Positions 1 through 10,485 of a stretch of DNA of 64,000 nucleotides are shown piece by piece. Every line of letters begins with the position of its first letter. Positions within the stretch are counted from its first letter, which is position 1. The translations under genes were made by a program, and so were the position numbers. Location: the IMG/VR virus record IMGVR_UViG_3300010429_002123; one strand, 5' to 3'. The notes under the pieces were generated by a model. It was not told where the DNA came from. It made no database searches and saw only the letters and a program-made list of their open reading frames with translations. Origin of the DNA: a virus. Taxonomy: Duplodnaviria; Caudoviricetes.

Positions 1-217
1 ATGGATTGCGGCACAGTTTTTTAAAAAAGAACTTTTCCGTCTAGCCACTTTATACAAAAAAGTCGTTTTTTTATGGATTGCGGCACAGTTTTTTAAAAAA
101 GAACTTTTCCGTCTAGCCACTTTATACAAAAAAGTCGTTTTTTTATGGATTGCGGCACAGTTTTTTAAAAAGGACTTTTTTGGCTTTATACAAAAAAGTC
201 GTTTTCTTATGGATTGC
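1..217. repeat. 72-bp tandem repeat rich in A/T tracts (two full units, a shortened third, start of a fourth)
   Basis: ATGGATTGC starts at 1, 73, 145 and 209. Units 1 and 2 are identical. May continue left of the window. Confidence 0.9.
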
Positions 218-302
218 TTTTTGGAACACCTCCCTTTTTTAAAAAGAGCTTTTTCCAAAAATTATGCAGCACATTTTTGGGGGTTTAAAAAATCGGTTCC
301 TG

Positions 303-1544
303 TTACTCTCCTATCAGCCAGTATTTTCCCAGAGCCCTTGCAAACTCCGAATTTATAGAGGGAGGCATTTTATTGTCCCACTCTGCGTCTTCGGGGTTTT
401 CCTTGAGATACGTTTCTATTGCCGGGTGAAGGCTTTTTAAAGAAGAAACTTCCAATAAGTTAGACACGGTGTTTCTGAACCACGCCTGGTTGGACTTTGT
501 GGTAGATTTTCCGAAGTAATAAAAGTCTTTTGTAAACTCGCTCAGGTATTCCGGGTATTTTGCTTCGAGAGCACCTTTAAGGTCTTTATGTATCTTATCT
601 CTATCTCCGTCGTGTTTCTCAAGAAGTTCAACAAGCATGGTAGAACAATTGCTTGAGTAGCTACCGGCGTATATTGCCTGCCCATTTATTTCGAGATGGA
701 GTTTTCTTGCTAGAAGTTCGGTCATTCCTTCTTTTAAATAGTTAGCTTTGTCCATCTCATACCACCCTGTGTCTCTTGAATCAGAGGCTTTATTCATTTT
801 AATAGCCAGTTCCCAGGCTTTGGAGTTATTAGGGTCTTTAGCGTGTATGGACTCATGAATATCGTAATGACTTTCCTCTTCTCTCTCTGACTTATCTAAA
901 GCGAGAGATAAAGGGTTTAATAATATTTTATGGCTTTCTGAATCATAAAAGCCTCTTATGTTTTCCGCTTTGTTTGGGCTTAGCCCCAGACCTTCTGCGT
1001 ACTTGTCATAGTCAAATTCTTTTGTAATGTCGGGAATTGTTTTTCTGGTATTAAACTCTTTTTCCAGTCTTTGCCGGAACTGCTCATGTAATAACTGTCT
1101 GTTAAACCAGTTTCTTTCCATTTTTTGTTCTGATGAATCGTTTTTATAGTCTTTGTCCTGTTGGTAACCAGGTATTTTTGATATATCTAACTTTCCCTGA
1201 CTATCATAGGCATATACCTTTTTATTTTCCTCTAAAGCATACTTTACTTCTTCTTCTGTTAGACTTCCGTTCTTTGGTAAACTTGGGACATTTCCCGCAG
1301 CCTTCGGGGGGGAGGAGGTGTCTGAAGAGGTTCCTCTCTTTCCTCGGAGAGTTTCGTCTTTTTCTTTTATCTTTGCAAAGAGGTCATTAATTACATAGTT
1401 TTTGCTTTTATCTGGTCTTTTCCAGTTCCCGCTCCCGACACCCCCGTCCTTAGGAGGACCTCCCTCCGACAGTAGGAGGGTCAAGTAAGCTGGATTTGAG
1501 TAATTTTGTTCTGCCAGAAGAGTCTTAATTTCTTTAGTGTTCAT
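303..1544 (-). CDS. Zincin-like metallopeptidase paralog 1 (putative head-packaged internal protein)
   Basis: Leader NPAYLTLLLSE-GGPPKDGGVGSGNW, HESIH, EGMTELLARK. Confidence 0.75.
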   Translation of the reverse strand: MNTKEIKTLLAEQNYSNPAYLTLLLSEGGPPKDGGVGSGNWKRPDKSKNYVINDLFAKIKEKDETLRGKRGTSSDTSSPPKAAGNVPSLPKNGSLTEEEVKYALEENKKVYAYDSQGKLDISKIPGYQQDKDYKNDSSEQKMERNWFNRQLLHEQFRQRLEKEFNTRKTIPDITKEFDYDKYAEGLGLSPNKAENIRGFYDSESHKILLNPLSLALDKSEREEESHYDIHESIHAKDPNNSKAWELAIKMNKASDSRDTGWYEMDKANYLKEGMTELLARKLHLEINGQAIYAGSYSSNCSTMLVELLEKHDGDRDKIHKDLKGALEAKYPEYLSEFTKDFYYFGKSTTKSNQAWFRNTVSNLLEVSSLKSLHPAIETYLKENPEDAEWDNKMPPSINSEFARALGKYWLIGE

Positions 1545-1828
1545 AGTAATACACCTTTGTTTAATCCTTCCAGATAGGCTAATTGCACCGTTACGTCTCT
1601 TTCCATGTCGGGGTCTTCTTTGGCTACTTTATCCCGCAAGTCTCGAAGGGTTTGCAGTTCCTCTTCGGTTGCTTTCTTCCCCACGAGTCCTGCTCTTATC
1701 TGAAACTGCTGGTAGGGACTCCTCTTATTTAAGTAATCGTTCAAGACTTTTGGGTTCATCATCTGTAATTCGTGTTGAGGTTTCATGTGTCTCAATTCTC
1801 TCCTTCCCTTTTTTAAAGTAGGTCTCAT
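1541..1828 (-). CDS. Small partner protein of the zincin array
   Basis: C-terminus LAYLEGLNKGVLL resembles five other small ORFs. Stop overlaps the zincin start (ATGA). Start may be ATG 1786. Confidence 0.65.
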   Translation of the reverse strand: MRPTLKKGRRELRHMKPQHELQMMNPKVLNDYLNKRSPYQQFQIRAGLVGKKATEEELQTLRDLRDKVAKEDPDMERDVTVQLAYLEGLNKGVLL

Positions 1829-2543
1829 CTTTTTCGAAGCATATATATCTACGTCCGGTATTCAGGCAGGCAATAGCTGTAGTGAAACTTCCTGCACAGG
1901 TGTCCAGGACAATATCGTCTTCGTTTGTGTAGCTTTTTATTAAAAACTCAAATAGACTGATAGGCTTTTGTGTGGGGTGAAATTTTGCCTTTTTGTCCCT
2001 GGGAAATCTCTGAATTGATGATGGGTGTCTATCTCCGGTGTTTACTGTCAGGTAACCAGAACAGTCAGCACCCTGCAGGTTTGGTCTTTTGCTGTTACCG
2101 GCTTTACAGGTATAGGGCAAGCCTGCTGTCTTCTGGGGGAAGTATTTCATATAGTTCTGGGATTTTGTGAAGGTTGTGGCACCATAACCAAAAACCAGGA
2201 CGTGTTCGTGCTTACGGAAAGGTTGCCAGTTCACGCTTGTGAAGTTAGTGCCGTTGTCTTTCTCCCAGACCCATTCGTATTTGAACATGTCCAGATTGCT
2301 CATGACCAGGAAGGAAGAAAAGGGATTTGTTGCCGTTAGCACGATGGCACCATCCGGGGTTATGAGTCTTTTGGATTCACTCCAGAACTCTTCTATGTCT
2401 ATGGGTAAGTCCCAGAAATTACCTGTGACCCTGTTTCTATTTTTCATGGAATAAGGTAAGTCTGTTAACAATAAGTTTATACTTTTATGAGGGAGGTCTT
2501 TCATAAGTTCAATACCATCACCCCACTTTATATGAGAGTTCAA
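1725..2543 (-). CDS. N6-adenine/N4-cytosine DNA methyltransferase (beta-type order)
   Basis: Motif IV TDLPY, HPTQKP, motif I VLDTCAGSFTT. Confidence 0.9.
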   Translation of the reverse strand: MNSHIKWGDGIELMKDLPHKSINLLLTDLPYSMKNRNRVTGNFWDLPIDIEEFWSESKRLITPDGAIVLTATNPFSSFLVMSNLDMFKYEWVWEKDNGTNFTSVNWQPFRKHEHVLVFGYGATTFTKSQNYMKYFPQKTAGLPYTCKAGNSKRPNLQGADCSGYLTVNTGDRHPSSIQRFPRDKKAKFHPTQKPISLFEFLIKSYTNEDDIVLDTCAGSFTTAIACLNTGRRYICFEKDETYFKKGKERIETHETSTRITDDEPKSLERLLK

Positions 2544-2812
2544 CGTATACAGTCCCCTTCGTAATGATATTCTACTTCTACTACTGTCGGGTGCTTTTCC
2601 CAGAGCAAAACACTTATGTCCCCGGGAGGCAGTGTGTCAAATTCTTCTCGCGTGCCTGCGAGGGTTTCGAGAACCTGTTCATAAGACATGTCTATGTCTC
2701 TCAGACCGTGTTCACCATCAGAATGATACAGTGTCCATTTTATTTTCCTATGGGCTGGAGACACACCGAGAGCTTTCATATAAAAACTTCCTGTGTTTAG
2801 CTTAAAAACCAT
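2540..2812 (-). CDS. Hypothetical protein
   Basis: 90-aa ORF packed between neighbours in the same orientation. Confidence 0.5.
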   Translation of the reverse strand: MVFKLNTGSFYMKALGVSPAHRKIKWTLYHSDGEHGLRDIDMSYEQVLETLAGTREEFDTLPPGDISVLLWEKHPTVVEVEYHYEGDCIR

Positions 2813-4239
2813 TTTATAAGTTTTCCCTCCATGTCTGTGGCAGAAGATTCTCTTCGACTCTTATTAGACCTGAAACCCTGGAGTTTATCCCCGGATTTTA
2901 TGCGGGATATTTCCATTTCTATTATATCTTCATCATATTTGAACTCGGAATTACGCATTTGTTCTCGGATTTCGTCGAGTTCCTTTTCCGTTCTGGGACG
3001 AACGCTGTGATACTGTTTTAAGTCGGAGTCATCCACTACATTATACTTCCTCAGGGTCTCCAGAAGTTTTGGGTAGGTGTCCGGGTTATTTAAGGCTTCT
3101 ACTCCATATTTCAGTGAGCGGGCAAAGTCCAGCACTTCCGGTCGTTCTGCTGTGCGGAGAGATTTTAACTCTTTGTGAATGCTTTCTTTGTCCCCTTTGT
3201 GTCTTTCGACCATGTTTGCAAGGGTTACTATGACTTCGTCTTGATAAGAACCCTTTTTTAAGTCCTCAACGTTCGCTCCGGCTATTTTGTCAGCTACAAA
3301 CTTTCGTGAAAGTAATTCCGTTACGCCTTCTTCTTTGTTGAGGTTTATGGGCTTGTAGTATTCTTCTATATAGTTTGGTAATTTTTCTGTTCTTATTCCC
3401 AGCTCTTTCATCTTGTTCTGAAGGGCTTCTTTAGACGGGAAGGTTTCCCCCGATATTTCCAGAACGGCGTCCAGTTGTGTTTGAGAGAAGGGATTTCTTT
3501 TTCTTCCTCCCTGGTTATCGAAGTTATCGTTAGTGTCTCTCATAAAGCGTAGAACAGAAAATGGGACAGTGTATTCCGGGGGAACTAACTTACCGTCCGG
3601 GTTTCCTACAGAACTGAGAAGAGTTTGTCTGCCGTTATCCTCCGTTTTTGCCACGGCGTGGACTAGCTCGTGAACGAGTGTCCCTGTGCTTTGAATTGTG
3701 GTTTCTTTTAAGTAGCCTTTTTCTGTATTTTGTCCTATACACTGTATGTCTTCGTCACGGTAGACTACCAGAGGTGCCCCCTCTCTTTTGCAGAAAGCCC
3801 CCACAAAAAAGATTGAGCTCACAGTTGCGTCTCTGCTGTAAAGGGATGCAAATTCCTCTGCAGACTTTGTTAATACGCTTCGAATTTCACCGGGGTCAAA
3901 CTTTATTTCTTTGATTAACTGTTCTTTAACGGCTTCGAGCAAGACGGAAGTATTTTTTCGAGCCTTTTCTGACCTTACTTCCGAGGAATCCTGGGGAGAG
4001 ATTTCCTGCCAGCCTTTTAACTTCTCTTTTGTTATTTTTCCAGCGTTCTCTCTGTTTTCGATGTCTCTCTGAATAATCTTGTTAAAGAACGGGTTACTGG
4101 TCTCCGGTCGTTTCCAGTTCCCGCTTCCTATACCGCCGTCTTTCGGGGGACCCCCCTCCAGCAGGGTCTTGACCCTGACGGTTAAAGAAGCAGGGTTTGA
4201 ATAACCCATAGTTTTTAATTCCTGAAAAAGATTTTGCAT
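2797..4239 (-). CDS. Zincin-like metallopeptidase paralog 2
   Basis: TLLE-GGPPKDGGIGSGNW, HELVH, EEGVTELLSRK. Confidence 0.75.
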   Translation of the reverse strand: MQNLFQELKTMGYSNPASLTVRVKTLLEGGPPKDGGIGSGNWKRPETSNPFFNKIIQRDIENRENAGKITKEKLKGWQEISPQDSSEVRSEKARKNTSVLLEAVKEQLIKEIKFDPGEIRSVLTKSAEEFASLYSRDATVSSIFFVGAFCKREGAPLVVYRDEDIQCIGQNTEKGYLKETTIQSTGTLVHELVHAVAKTEDNGRQTLLSSVGNPDGKLVPPEYTVPFSVLRFMRDTNDNFDNQGGRKRNPFSQTQLDAVLEISGETFPSKEALQNKMKELGIRTEKLPNYIEEYYKPINLNKEEGVTELLSRKFVADKIAGANVEDLKKGSYQDEVIVTLANMVERHKGDKESIHKELKSLRTAERPEVLDFARSLKYGVEALNNPDTYPKLLETLRKYNVVDDSDLKQYHSVRPRTEKELDEIREQMRNSEFKYDEDIIEMEISRIKSGDKLQGFRSNKSRRESSATDMEGKLIKWFLS

Positions 4240-4240
4240 G

Positions 4241-5683
4241 TTAATCCTCCTTTAGAAACCACCGTAAGAATTTTTCTTCTACCATAGTGTCCCGCCTGAA
4301 CCCTTTAGCCCGCAGGGTTTCTCTGCCTTCTTTTTCTTGTTTTTTAGTCAGCCTTACCCCGGATTTCCTGAGGGTTTCCATTCGTGCGTCTATCTGCTCT
4401 TCTGTGAGCGGTTTTGGAATGTCGTCATAGTCCTGCTGGGTGATGATTCCGTGTTTCAGAGCCGAGCCCATCATGTGAAAGTATGTTTCCTGGTGAGATA
4501 AACCCTCTACACCGTATTTAAGAGAGTAAGTCCAGTTTTCAACGTCTTCGTCGCTCTGGCCTTTTCTTAAGTCTTTCAGTTCTTTTAAGACGGAGTCGCG
4601 GTTACCCTGGTGTCTTTCTATCATGTTTCCGAGAGTAACTATGCACTCATCTTGATAAGCCCCCTTTAAAAAGCCGGGAGAGTCCTCAAGAGTTTCTTTT
4701 GTAAACTTTCTTGCCAGAAGTTCTGTGACAGCTTCTTCTTTGTTCAGCTTAACAAAAGTAGGGCGTTCCAGATGTTCGTATGGGGAAGAAGATGTTTTGT
4801 CTTTTAAATCTTCCGGGTCTATTCCTATGGCTTCAAGTTTTTTAAGGAGTTCAGGAAGAGATTTCTGGCCTTCTATTCGGCTGACAGCGTCAAGCTGGTC
4901 TTTTGAATATTTCATACCCTCCCGTTTTATGAACTGATTTGTCTGGTCAAATGGAAGTTTTTCCCCTTCCTTTACAATATCTTTTAACATAGTGTAGGCT
5001 TTATACGTAGCTTTGTAATCTTTCTCAATGGCGTTTATTGAGTTTGATACTGTCATAAGGTTAGAAGGACTCCCATCAGGTTTTCTCCCCAGACCGTGCA
5101 AAACCTCATGTGCTAAAGTTCCCACTTCTTCCCCTCGTTTGTTACTTTCCCATTTATCTGTCCCGCTCAAGGTTAAGGCCGTGGCCATCTTATATACAGT
5201 AAGAGGAGGATTTGTTCGAGTTAAGCAGAAGGCGTGAATACCTGTCATCTCTCCCTCTGGTTTTCCGAATCTTTTAGCGAACTCTTCCATGTCTTTTGCT
5301 ACCATAGCGTCTACAGGCTTTGTTTCTATTCCTAAAAAGTTACTGCAGAGCCTGTTTGTTACTTCTGTGTTAAGAATTTTTAGGTTAGATGTAGCTATCC
5401 TTTGTTGGGTTGCGAGAGGCTCGTGCTCCATACTTTCCCAGCCGGATAACTTTTTAAAGTCTAACTTGGGTGGGGGTTCCTGAGTGCCTCTTTTTCCTTT
5501 TTGTTCCTCGTCTCTTTTTCTTATAAGGTCAAATATAGGATTAGAGTGTCTTTTCCAGTTCCCACTTCCTATTCCACCATCTTTCGGAGGACCACCTTCA
5601 GAGAGTTTGTTTTGCACAAGAAGAGTTAAGTAAGAAGGGTTACTTGTCCCGCTCAGTGAAAAAATGCTTTTTAATCTATTCAT
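4241..5683 (-). CDS. Zincin-like metallopeptidase paralog 3
   Basis: Start moved to ATG 5683, which follows AAGGAGG. KLSE-GGPPKDGGIGSGNW, HEVLH, EEAVTELLARK. Confidence 0.75.
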   Translation of the reverse strand: MNRLKSIFSLSGTSNPSYLTLLVQNKLSEGGPPKDGGIGSGNWKRHSNPIFDLIRKRDEEQKGKRGTQEPPPKLDFKKLSGWESMEHEPLATQQRIATSNLKILNTEVTNRLCSNFLGIETKPVDAMVAKDMEEFAKRFGKPEGEMTGIHAFCLTRTNPPLTVYKMATALTLSGTDKWESNKRGEEVGTLAHEVLHGLGRKPDGSPSNLMTVSNSINAIEKDYKATYKAYTMLKDIVKEGEKLPFDQTNQFIKREGMKYSKDQLDAVSRIEGQKSLPELLKKLEAIGIDPEDLKDKTSSSPYEHLERPTFVKLNKEEAVTELLARKFTKETLEDSPGFLKGAYQDECIVTLGNMIERHQGNRDSVLKELKDLRKGQSDEDVENWTYSLKYGVEGLSHQETYFHMMGSALKHGIITQQDYDDIPKPLTEEQIDARMETLRKSGVRLTKKQEKEGRETLRAKGFRRDTMVEEKFLRWFLKED

Positions 5684-5776
5684 AAACTGTTTGCTCCTCC
5701 TTATGAAAGGCTCATTAACACTTATTATAACATATTTTGTTAGTTTCTCACAGAGGATAGTCAAGAGGTTAAAGGT

Positions 5777-7219
5777 TTATTTTCCTGAGGAAAGAAACCA
5801 CTCTAAGAGTTTTCCTTCTATATTAGACCCTTTGTAGTCTCTGTCGGAACGGAAGTCAAAAAGCTGTTCATCTTTTAGTTTTTGAAGTTTAGACGCCCTG
5901 TATTCCTCCCGGCCTTTTCTTTCTTTCTCTCCGTATTCTCTTATGAATTCTTCATCCTCTTTTTTCCACTCTTTCTGCAGTTCTTTTATTTCGTCATCGG
6001 TACGGGGTCTTACTTTATCGTAGTCAGAAAGGTCATTATCCGAGATGATATTGTGTTTCCTTAGAGTCTTTAGTAAGTCGGGATAAACTTTAGGGTCATC
6101 CAGAGCTTCTATGCCGTAGGTAAGAGAGTCTGAAAATTCTCTCACCTGTGCCCACTCTTTCTGACGAATATTTTTTAATTCGGCGTGAATGGTCTCTTTG
6201 TCATTTCCGTGCTTTTCCACCATGTTAACCAGCATGGCAACACACTCTTCCTGGTAAGCACCCCCAAGAAGCTCTTTTGGGTTCACTCCTGTTATCTTGT
6301 CTACTACAAACTTTCGCGAGAGAAGTTCCGTGACCGCCTCTTCTTTGTTCAGGGTAATCCTCTCACGGAATTCTTCGGCTATTGGTAAACCTGGGGGAAG
6401 TTTTTTCATGTTTATGCCCTTGTCTATCATAGCCTGCCTGAGGGCTTCTTCCGAAGGATACCGCCCGGTGAAATTCTCTACGGCATCAAACTGTTTCAGA
6501 GAATAGGGTCTTTTTACTGGAGTGTCGTTCTCTCTTGCTTCTCTTTCAGCCTGCTTGATGGCCTGGCTCATGGCGAAGTAAATGTCACTGCTTAACGTGT
6601 ATTCTACGGGAATATGCTTCCCGACAGGGTTGGGGGCTGTGAGGAGAGGGCTATGAAACCCGCCGAGACCTTCTGACAGATTAGCCATGCCGTGTATCAT
6701 TTCGTGTACGAAGGTGTTTATTACTCTGGTTTCCGTGTTACTGAAGTAACCTTTTTCAGCGTTACCCCCGACAGTTTGGGCATCTTCGTTTCGATATACT
6801 AATTTTGATGGGTTTCCCCACCTACAAAAAGCGTGTACACCCAGACTACTATCGTGCCAAAAAAGAGAATCAAATTCTGCGTCTGTCTCAGTAATAAGGG
6901 CTGTCATGTTTTTTGGGGAGGTAAACTCCTTCTGAAGAGAGGAGTTTAGTTTTGACAGAAGAATGTGGGCATTATTCCTCGCCGTTACGGCCTTCTCTTC
7001 AGGGGAACCCTCGGGTATTTTCCAGCCCTGTAAGTTTTTGGGATTAATTTTACCCTCTCTATTTTCCATATCTCTGGCTATTATCTTAGCAAAAAATGGA
7101 TTGGAGGGGGTTTTTTCTCTCACCCAGTTTCCCGAGCCAATTCCTCCGTCTTTTGGAGGACCCCCCTCGTTTATTTTTTGTTTAATGAGTAAAGTTAAGT
7201 AGAGAGGGTTTTGCCCCAT
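5777..7219 (-). CDS. Zincin-like metallopeptidase paralog 4
   Basis: KINE-GGPPKDGGIGSGNW, HEMIH, EEAVTELLSRK. Confidence 0.75.
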   Translation of the reverse strand: MGQNPLYLTLLIKQKINEGGPPKDGGIGSGNWVREKTPSNPFFAKIIARDMENREGKINPKNLQGWKIPEGSPEEKAVTARNNAHILLSKLNSSLQKEFTSPKNMTALITETDAEFDSLFWHDSSLGVHAFCRWGNPSKLVYRNEDAQTVGGNAEKGYFSNTETRVINTFVHEMIHGMANLSEGLGGFHSPLLTAPNPVGKHIPVEYTLSSDIYFAMSQAIKQAEREARENDTPVKRPYSLKQFDAVENFTGRYPSEEALRQAMIDKGINMKKLPPGLPIAEEFRERITLNKEEAVTELLSRKFVVDKITGVNPKELLGGAYQEECVAMLVNMVEKHGNDKETIHAELKNIRQKEWAQVREFSDSLTYGIEALDDPKVYPDLLKTLRKHNIISDNDLSDYDKVRPRTDDEIKELQKEWKKEDEEFIREYGEKERKGREEYRASKLQKLKDEQLFDFRSDRDYKGSNIEGKLLEWFLSSGK

Positions 7220-7467
7220 TATACTTTCACTCCTTCAGGTAAACCCTGTGCTATAGAGAGTCTAAGCAACAGCTCCTCATAGTATTCAGGTTCTGTCTGC
7301 ATAATCTTTGGTAAGAGTTCTTTAAAAATAGTCATTTCTTCTGGTGTGGGCTTTCTATCCAAAATGTAGCCCATACGGGTTTTAAACTGGTCTGCAGGAG
7401 AAGACTCTGCCTCTTTAAAATATTGCTGAAGTTCTTCTTCGCTGAGTCTTTCTATTTTTTCTTCCAC
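7219..7467 (-). CDS. Small partner protein of the zincin array
   Basis: C-terminus LSIAQGLPEGVKV. TAATG overlap with the downstream zincin. Confidence 0.7.
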   Translation of the reverse strand: MEEKIERLSEEELQQYFKEAESSPADQFKTRMGYILDRKPTPEEMTIFKELLPKIMQTEPEYYEELLLRLSIAQGLPEGVKV

Positions 7468-7486
7468 GGGGTATCACTCCTCTTCG

Positions 7487-8941
7487 TTAGATATTAAGTG
7501 TCTTGCTTATGTCAATACGGTATCTTTTTGCGACTTCTTTTCTTAGTTTCATAGTTTCCGCCTCGGCTTTAGAAGTAGTCTTTGCGTCCCCACTCAAACA
7601 GTAACGGGTAATAGCACTGGAAAGACGAAGGTTCATTTTAGGGGTCACGTGACTCTCTCTCGAAGTAGCTTTAAAATTGTTCTTATACTCTTTTATCTCG
7701 TCCTGAAGGTCTTTTAATTTCGGATTCTTACTTTTCAGTACCTTGTCAAATGTGGCGTGTAGTTCTGCATTAGAGCTTGTTTTGGTATAGCCAGACATAA
7801 TAGGAAGTTTGTCTGAGTAGTCTTTAATACCCGTGTGTACAGAAGAGTCAGGACGATTAAACACGCTTTTTATCCCATCGAACATTTTGTCTGTGTCTCC
7901 GTCATGGTGAGCTATTAACTGAATGGCGGCGATTGCTACAGGTTCGTCGTAACCTCCGTGACCCAGCTCTTGTCCGGTAGTGTCATAGACAAGTTTCCTT
8001 GCCAGAAGTTCCGTAGCTGTTTCTTTTAAAAAGGTTACACGGTCTCGATAAGCCTGGTATTTACCTGCCTTGATAGCGGTTATCCAGGTGCCGTCGCTAC
8101 GATTCGGGTCACATCCATGAATGGACTCATGCACAAGACGTCCCGTGTCTGAGCTTCTGTCCTTGTCAGAGAGGGTATCGGGGTGTAAGACTATGCGTCT
8201 GGTAGGTTTGAGGGTTCTGTCAACAGGGTTATACTCTACGCCTTCGGAGTAGTAACCTTTAACTCCGGCAAGAGAACCCCTGCCGTAGTATTTTTTAAAC
8301 TCCGCCCCATTTCTCGCGTTTGTTACTTCCGGGATTTCTCTTCCGTCAGGGAACATCTTTCCGAGAAGCTGAGCAAATTGTCCTTGAATAAGAGAGCGGT
8401 TCAGGGCATTTCTGTCCATTGTTTTTTCTTTACCTTCTCCCCTGATGAAATACTCCGGGGTTTGGTATCCGGGTATCTTTGAGAAGTCTAATTTACCATT
8501 TTTGTCAAAGGCATAAACTTTCTTGTTCTCTTCAATGGCTTTTTTTATTTGTTCTGGCTGGAGAGCCTTTCCTTTTTCTGGTAGCCCTTTTATTCCCGTC
8601 GGTTTCGTGGGTTCTCCCTCTTTCTTGGGCTCCTCTTTCTTTTTCGGCTCTTCTTTTTTCTTTGGTTCTTCTTTAGGTTTCTGTTCTTTTGGTTTTGGTG
8701 GTTCTGTGGGCTTTTGAGGCTGTGTGCCTCTTGCCCCAAACTTTCTTTCGTCCTTAGCTCTTATCTTTCCGAAGATGTCAACAAGAGCATCGGTTTCCGG
8801 CTCTTTGTGTCTTATCCAGTTCCCGGAACCAATTCCTCCGTTTTTTGGGGGACCTCCCTCAGAGAGCCTGTTCTGTAAGAGCAAGGCCATAAGAGCCGGG
8901 GTAGAGTGTCCAGTTTGTTCAAAGTAATCTTTTAGTTTCAT
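7487..8941 (-). CDS. Zincin-like metallopeptidase paralog 5
   Basis: RLSE-GGPPKNGGIGSGNW, K/E/P-rich linker, HESIH, ETATELLARK. Confidence 0.75.
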   Translation of the reverse strand: MKLKDYFEQTGHSTPALMALLLQNRLSEGGPPKNGGIGSGNWIRHKEPETDALVDIFGKIRAKDERKFGARGTQPQKPTEPPKPKEQKPKEEPKKKEEPKKKEEPKKEGEPTKPTGIKGLPEKGKALQPEQIKKAIEENKKVYAFDKNGKLDFSKIPGYQTPEYFIRGEGKEKTMDRNALNRSLIQGQFAQLLGKMFPDGREIPEVTNARNGAEFKKYYGRGSLAGVKGYYSEGVEYNPVDRTLKPTRRIVLHPDTLSDKDRSSDTGRLVHESIHGCDPNRSDGTWITAIKAGKYQAYRDRVTFLKETATELLARKLVYDTTGQELGHGGYDEPVAIAAIQLIAHHDGDTDKMFDGIKSVFNRPDSSVHTGIKDYSDKLPIMSGYTKTSSNAELHATFDKVLKSKNPKLKDLQDEIKEYKNNFKATSRESHVTPKMNLRLSSAITRYCLSGDAKTTSKAEAETMKLRKEVAKRYRIDISKTLNI

Positions 8942-8965
8942 GGTTTTCTTTCCTTTCTTCTGAGT

Positions 8966-9160
8966 CTACACACACGTTTTTGGGGGAACAGACAAAAGGG
9001 CAATATCTGTGTAGAGATACGTGTATTTAGGGTCTTCTTTTACGAGAAGGTCTACTAAAGAAGACAGACCCTCTTTTCCTTTCGAAGAGGGGTTCTTTCT
9101 ATAATAATCCAGCATGGAGTAAAAGTCTCTTAATAAACTTTCTACTTTTCTAGAAACCAT
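8966..9160 (-). CDS. Small partner protein of the zincin array (divergent)
   Basis: C-terminus DIALLSVPPKTCV aligns with EIAILDGLPKGVMV. Confidence 0.55.
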   Translation of the reverse strand: MVSRKVESLLRDFYSMLDYYRKNPSSKGKEGLSSLVDLLVKEDPKYTYLYTDIALLSVPPKTCV

Positions 9161-10284
9161 TTTAGCATCTCCTTTTCCAGCAAGGGACTTATTCCGGCGT
9201 GCTCCCTTGTGTTAAACTCTTCTCTTTCTTTTTTTCGTCTTTCTACAAAGTTCTGTATAAAAGTCTCAGGGAGTTTTTTAGTTCTGTATAAGGCCACGCT
9301 TTTTTCTGTTTCTTCTTCAGAAAGCATAATCCTTACGTCCTCTTCCCCTTTGAATAGCTTGTCTATGGCTTCTTTGATTCCTTCACTTATCTTAGGACTT
9401 TTTCTTAGCTCTTTTAAGTAGTAGTCAGTATTTCCTTTATCCATATTTTTTATGTCTGTGTCTTCAATAGCTGTCTCCAATTTGCTTCTCCCATCAAGAA
9501 TCTTTCCATAGCGTTCGGAACCTGTGTCATTCAGAGAAACCCCAGAAACTCTAGCGTTTTTTAATATGTCAAAGATTTCATCTTTATCCGGGTATTTTAA
9601 CATTAGTTGGAAGAGCATGGGAGTAACAATATCCTGGTAGCAACCTTCCAGCATGTCTTCTGGTTTCACCCCTTCTACTCTTCCCGCACAAATTTTTCTG
9701 GCGAGAAGTTCTGTCAGCCCCTCTTCCATAAATTTCGCCTTTTCGGGGTCTTCTCCCCAGCCACCATAACCCTCTTTCCCTACGGCGTGTAGAAGTTCGT
9801 GAACAGGGGTGTTATAAAAATTGTATTTACTATCACTCAGGGCTGTTTCGTTGATGGCTATAAAGTTTCCTTTACTGTATACACCGAATATATGCTTTTT
9901 TTCTTCGCTGTAGAGTTTGCCAAACTCGTCTGCAGTTTTACAAACAAGAATACCTCTCCCTATAGGTAGGCTTTCCTCCAAGTCAAATTCTTTCTCGAGT
10001 GTGGTTTTCCACTCTTTACTGAATAGGTTCATATTATTATAATGTTTTTCTTTTTTCTGAGCCTCAGTATCAGAATCTGTTATTTTTTGCCAGCCCGTCA
10101 GTTTTTCCGGGTTTAAGGTGTCGCCTTCCCAGGCAGTTTTGTGTCTTATCCAGTTACCTGAGCCCACACCCCCGTCTTTTGGAGGACCCCCTTCTGTAAG
10201 TAAGACGGTGAGATATGCGGGATTAGTATAGCCCAAAGTAGAGAGGTATTCTTTTAGTTCTTTTATTCGTGTCACTCCGGTCAC
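9142..10284 (-). CDS. Zincin-like metallopeptidase paralog 6
   Basis: LLTE-GGPPKDGGVGSGNW, HELLH, EEGLTELLARK. Confidence 0.75.
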   Translation of the reverse strand: MTGVTRIKELKEYLSTLGYTNPAYLTVLLTEGGPPKDGGVGSGNWIRHKTAWEGDTLNPEKLTGWQKITDSDTEAQKKEKHYNNMNLFSKEWKTTLEKEFDLEESLPIGRGILVCKTADEFGKLYSEEKKHIFGVYSKGNFIAINETALSDSKYNFYNTPVHELLHAVGKEGYGGWGEDPEKAKFMEEGLTELLARKICAGRVEGVKPEDMLEGCYQDIVTPMLFQLMLKYPDKDEIFDILKNARVSGVSLNDTGSERYGKILDGRSKLETAIEDTDIKNMDKGNTDYYLKELRKSPKISEGIKEAIDKLFKGEEDVRIMLSEEETEKSVALYRTKKLPETFIQNFVERRKKEREEFNTREHAGISPLLEKEMLKWFLEK

Positions 10285-10362
10285 TCCTAACTGAATTCTT
10301 CCTGACTAAATGTCCTAGATTGATAAGAAGCCCTCTGAGTGGTTTAAAAGGGCTTTGAACCT

Positions 10363-10485
10363 TCAAGCATCGAATGTCTCTCGGTTTTTACTCTGTAAGG
10401 CTCTTCTCTCGGCGTATAAAGAGTATTTTCCATAGAAAAACCCGGCAAAAGCCGTAAGTAAAAGAGTTAATGCAAACAAAATCAC
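10363..10485 (-). CDS. Possible 40-aa single-pass membrane peptide
   Basis: GTG start overlaps the upstream stop. Reads MILFALTLLLTAFAGFFYGKY...; below the ORF-track size cutoff. Confidence 0.35.
   Translation of the reverse strand: MILFALTLLLTAFAGFFYGKYSLYAERRALQSKNRETFDA

Noticed and set aside
1-217. CRISPR array
   Set aside because: Units are identical over their full length, with no unique spacers.
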